Source: Flavobacteriaceae bacterium
GTDB lineage: Bacteria; Patescibacteriota; Minisyncoccia; Phycocordibacterales; UBA1006
DNA length: 62,913 nucleotides
NCBI GenBank assembly: GCA_047614005.1
Contig: JBLHIK010000001.1
Span: 1 to 62,913, forward strand
Reading direction: 5' to 3'
Position numbers and translations under genes: made by a program. Below the pieces are notes generated by a model. The model made no database searches. It saw only the letters and a list, made by a program, of their open reading frames with translations, and had not been told where the DNA came from. This document shows positions 61,301-62,913 of this stretch, piece by piece (within the stretch, counting starts at the first letter, position 1; each line of letters starts with the position of its first letter).

Positions 61301-61800
61301 TGTACTATATTCCAAACACTTTCCATGTAGCTAGGATGATATGTCACATAAGGATTTTCCATATCGAGCCAGTATCCCATTCGGTCAGTAAAAGCCTCCC
61401 ATTCGGAACGATATGTCCACACACTAGCGCGACATTCTTCGTTGAATTTTCCGATACCATATTTTTCAATATCTTTTTTACCAGCAAAACCAAGACGCTT
61501 TTCTACTTCAAGCTCCACAGGAAGACCATGAGTATCCCACCCTGCTTTACGCCGCACGTGATATCCGCGCATAGTCTTGTATCTTGGAATCACATCCTTA
61601 AAAGCGCGTCCTTCGAGATGATGAATACCAGGACGTCCATTTGCTGTTGGAGGACCTTCGTAGAAGACATACTCCCCTTCTGGAGAATCTTTCTCGAGGC
61701 TCTTCTTGAAAATATTGTTGTCTTTCCAAAATTCTAAAATAGACTCTTCGAGAAGAGCTCGCTCGCTTTTATCTGATGTGTGGTAATTTTGTTCTTTCAT
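58372..61800 (-). CDS. ileS: isoleucine--tRNA ligase (type 2-like) with an inserted histidine-phosphatase (PGAM-like) domain
   Basis: PPTANGRPGIHHLEG (HIGH), WTTTPWTLPGN, WAISRERYWGTPLPIW, KKMSKSKGN (KMSKS). Residues ~498-697 carry IRHGEAESN, SSPFVRTKETA and IVSHG. Confidence 0.9.
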   Translation of the reverse strand: MKEQNYHTSDKSERALLEESILEFWKDNNIFKKSLEKDSPEGEYVFYEGPPTANGRPGIHHLEGRAFKDVIPRYKTMRGYHVRRKAGWDTHGLPVELEVEKRLGFAGKKDIEKYGIGKFNEECRASVWTYRSEWEAFTDRMGYWLDMENPYVTYHPSYMESVWNIVQKINEKGYLYKDYKVLPWCPRCTTALSSHELAQGYEDVKDLSVTAKFKIKEMENTYIIAWTTTPWTLPGNVALAVGGDIDYIKVSFENELFIVAKKLSEKIFKDKEIQVVEEIKGKDLIGLSYEPLYPYLQEKLEKENIDSSKAYKIYGADFVTTEDGTGVVHTAIMYGQDDFELGTKIGLPKYHLVNEYGNFEDGMEFLSGRFVKDEQVAIDVIKDLAHRGLLFSKEKYEHSYPHCWRCKTPMIYYARDSWYIAMSKLKDELLKRNETINWEPSYIKDGRFGEWLRDIKDWAISRERYWGTPLPIWENENGVAKVLGSIEDIKSHAKKSGNIYTTIRHGEAESNVLGLLSGEKNNPHSLTEKGKEQIQETVSELEKLNVDLIVSSPFVRTKETALLLQEKLGVSDEKILFDDRIGEVGFGIFEGQSVEKWHTDFRDSNTDTSFTNAPEEGESLSDVKKRMGDFLYDLECTYVGKNILIVSHGTPLWLLHAVSNGLDAKQTEGMFENGFTYFKNAQVHELEFTPLPHNLDFELDLHKPYIDEIQLVDTDGSSLTRTKEVLDVWFDSGAMPYAQEHYPFTEKSKEEEFFPADYISEGIDQTRGWFYTLLAISTLLGKEAPYKNCLCLGLILDSEGKKMSKSKGNTTSPWDMMNKYGADVLRLWMYSVNQPGEMKNFDERTVSDVQNKICNPLANCLSLYETYATSQMVSPDFSHALDVWIHARLQELTSVMTKSMEAYNMIDAVRAYRDFVQDFSTWYIRRSRERLKGNSDDSKQALATTHYILFELSKLIAPFAPFIAEDIYQKLKKISPTKYESVHLEGWKEVEEYSQEAITQMEKVREVVTLALEARQKAGIKVRQPLACLTIKGISFSEEIKEIIADEINVKKIECIEDEILSVLLDTSLTEELEREGKVRDLIRTIQSLRKEKGLTPDDVIELTIPSSMKDTISQFENEIKAITQTQDILFGTELSIIKINT

Positions 61801-61816
61801 AATAGTTTTAAATAAT

Positions 61817-62000
61817 AAAAAATCGTCCTTATAAAAAATCTCAATGGATTTTTTATAAGGACGATTTTCAATCGCGTTACCACCTTATTTCTTTTGTCGT
61901 TTCGACAAAAGCACTTCATGACAGCTATGACGGGCTTGCCCGTTGGATTCTACTTGCCATGTGGCGTTCTTTCCAAAGCTCAGGAGTGATAACTCCTTCG
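61817..62000 (-). promoter_or_regulatory. T-box leader (Ile specifier AUC) with terminator/antiterminator upstream of ileS
   Basis: T-box sequence AATAAGGTGGTAACGCG (61873..61889). Specifier-loop candidate GGAGTTATCACTCC, with ATC at 61990..61988 followed by A. Terminator AAAATCGTCCTTATAAAAAATC..GATTTTTTATAAGGACGATTTTTT (61817..61868). Confidence 0.8.
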
Positions 62001-62052
62001 TTGCTTATACAGTCATCTTATCAGAATTTTCTCAAAATGAAAGATAGAAAAT

Positions 62053-62084
62053 AAAAAAAGCCCCTTTCTAAAAAGAAGGGGGCT
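62053..62084 (-). terminator. rho-independent terminator after ORF 62091..62660
   Basis: AGCCCCTT-ctttttaga-AAGGGGCT followed by T7 on the minus strand. Confidence 0.75.
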
Positions 62085-62090
62085 AAGTAT

Positions 62091-62660
62091 TCAAGAAAAT
62101 AAGTGTCTAAGTCTACACCACCAAGATGCTTGACAAGGTACTACAAAGGTAAAAGGGTGGTGCGCAGGCCAACGAATGTCACTCGAGAAACAACGCACAT
62201 ATATATTCAACTCACCCGATACGAAGTTCACGCACGCAACGAAGAACTTTTCTTCACCCTTTACTTTTGCAGTAAACAAGAAAAATTTTCCCCGCATGCG
62301 TGTGAGTAACCATTGTTTGTTTTCCTGACAGAATGTTTCAAGCTGCTCTTGAGATTCAAAAGCAAGGTTGTTTTTCTTTAGCGACTGTTCGATTTCATGT
62401 CGTACATCCTCATTTTCTAAATCAAGTTTTTTTATTCCTTTATATCTGTACTTTTTTACAAGATCAGGACACAATGAAACAAATAGTGTTTTGAAATCTG
62501 CGCTTTTATTATACTTATTATACATTTCATAAACACGAAACTTATTACCTATTTTTTTTACAAAACGAAGATAAGGATTTCTAAAAATGCGTCTAATAAA
62601 AAACAAAAGTACACAAACTATTACAATACCTACTAATATTTGAAAAATTGTATTTTCCAT
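62091..62660 (-). CDS. hypothetical membrane-anchored protein
   Basis: 189-aa ORF with an N-terminal TM segment (IFQILVGIVIVCVLLFFI). Confidence 0.5.
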   Translation of the reverse strand: MENTIFQILVGIVIVCVLLFFIRRIFRNPYLRFVKKIGNKFRVYEMYNKYNKSADFKTLFVSLCPDLVKKYRYKGIKKLDLENEDVRHEIEQSLKKNNLAFESQEQLETFCQENKQWLLTRMRGKFFLFTAKVKGEEKFFVACVNFVSGELNIYVRCFSSDIRWPAHHPFTFVVPCQASWWCRLRHLFS

Positions 62661-62768
62661 CTTTTTAATTTTAAATAAACCTACTTTCTTTTATTCTCTT
62701 TCGAGAAACGGCATTTTGGCTTTTTCCTTCTTTATTAGATTAGCATGTATTATATATACTGTCAAGCA

Positions 62769-62913
62769 CTACATCTTCTCAACCTCCTCTGCACCAAGAA
62801 GATGGAGGCATGTTGAGAGTATTTTTTCTACTGTTTGCACAATCTCAATATGATATGAGAGATACTGGTTTTCCTCGCTCAGTATATGAGTATTTCCATA
62901 CCATGAACTAAAG
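62769..62913 (-). CDS. argS: arginine--tRNA ligase, C-terminal end (gene runs off the right edge)
   Basis: My translation is ..SWYGNTHILSEENQYLSYHIEIVQTVEKILSTCLHLLGAEEVEKM*. The ..LLG....E.M* ending is the typical ArgRS C-terminus. Only 48 codons are visible. Confidence 0.55.
   Translation of the reverse strand, partial: FSSWYGNTHILSEENQYLSYHIEIVQTVEKILSTCLHLLGAEEVEKM

Overview
The window looks like an AT-rich, gene-dense, small-genome bacterium. By inference it is CPR/Patescibacteria-like: shortened housekeeping proteins, many membrane-anchored hypotheticals, and an intron-bearing 23S rRNA with no adjacent 16S. About 55 protein genes are present, almost all on the minus strand. In order they include: gyrB (partial), pheT, pheS, trhO, a UvrD-type helicase-nuclease, msrB, a GNAT, and a very AT-rich C-protein / double Dam-like methyltransferase / HNH-endonuclease R-M islet. 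Then come tRNA-Ser(GGA) with decayed copies, htpX, lemA, secF/secD, a PAP2 phosphatase, folD, a SEDS protein, and 5S plus 23S rRNA. After the rRNAs: rplJ-rplL, a 1142-aa secreted beta-helix/LCAT-like lipase, two small paralogous cassette genes, an S-layer-like surface protein, ftsK, recA, efp, rpsF-ssb-rpsR, tatD, an ATP-grasp ligase, metG, an AI-2E transporter, glyQS, recO, ileS and argS (partial). I found no CRISPR array, transposase, integrase or reverse transcriptase. The most unusual observations are these. (1) ileS carries a ~200-aa histidine-phosphatase (PGAM-like, RHG motif) domain inserted in its catalytic core and is preceded by an Ile (AUC) T-box. (2) 23S rRNA is split by a 384-nt ORF-less group I intron at the I-CreI-type site (E. 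coli U2593). (3) Both stable-RNA genes (tRNA-Ser and 5S) are followed by tandem copies of their own 3' end plus terminator, and GC-rich structured non-coding DNA of unknown identity lies next to the tRNA. (4) There is a tandem cassette array (conserved 5' module with a perfect 23-nt GC-rich palindrome, a divergent small ORF, a conserved terminator), and the same palindrome is dispersed in other intergenic regions. (5) The giant secreted beta-helix/LCAT-lipase and the adjacent surface-protein locus with a very long leader. Product calls rest on motifs read from the supplied translations. No database search was possible.
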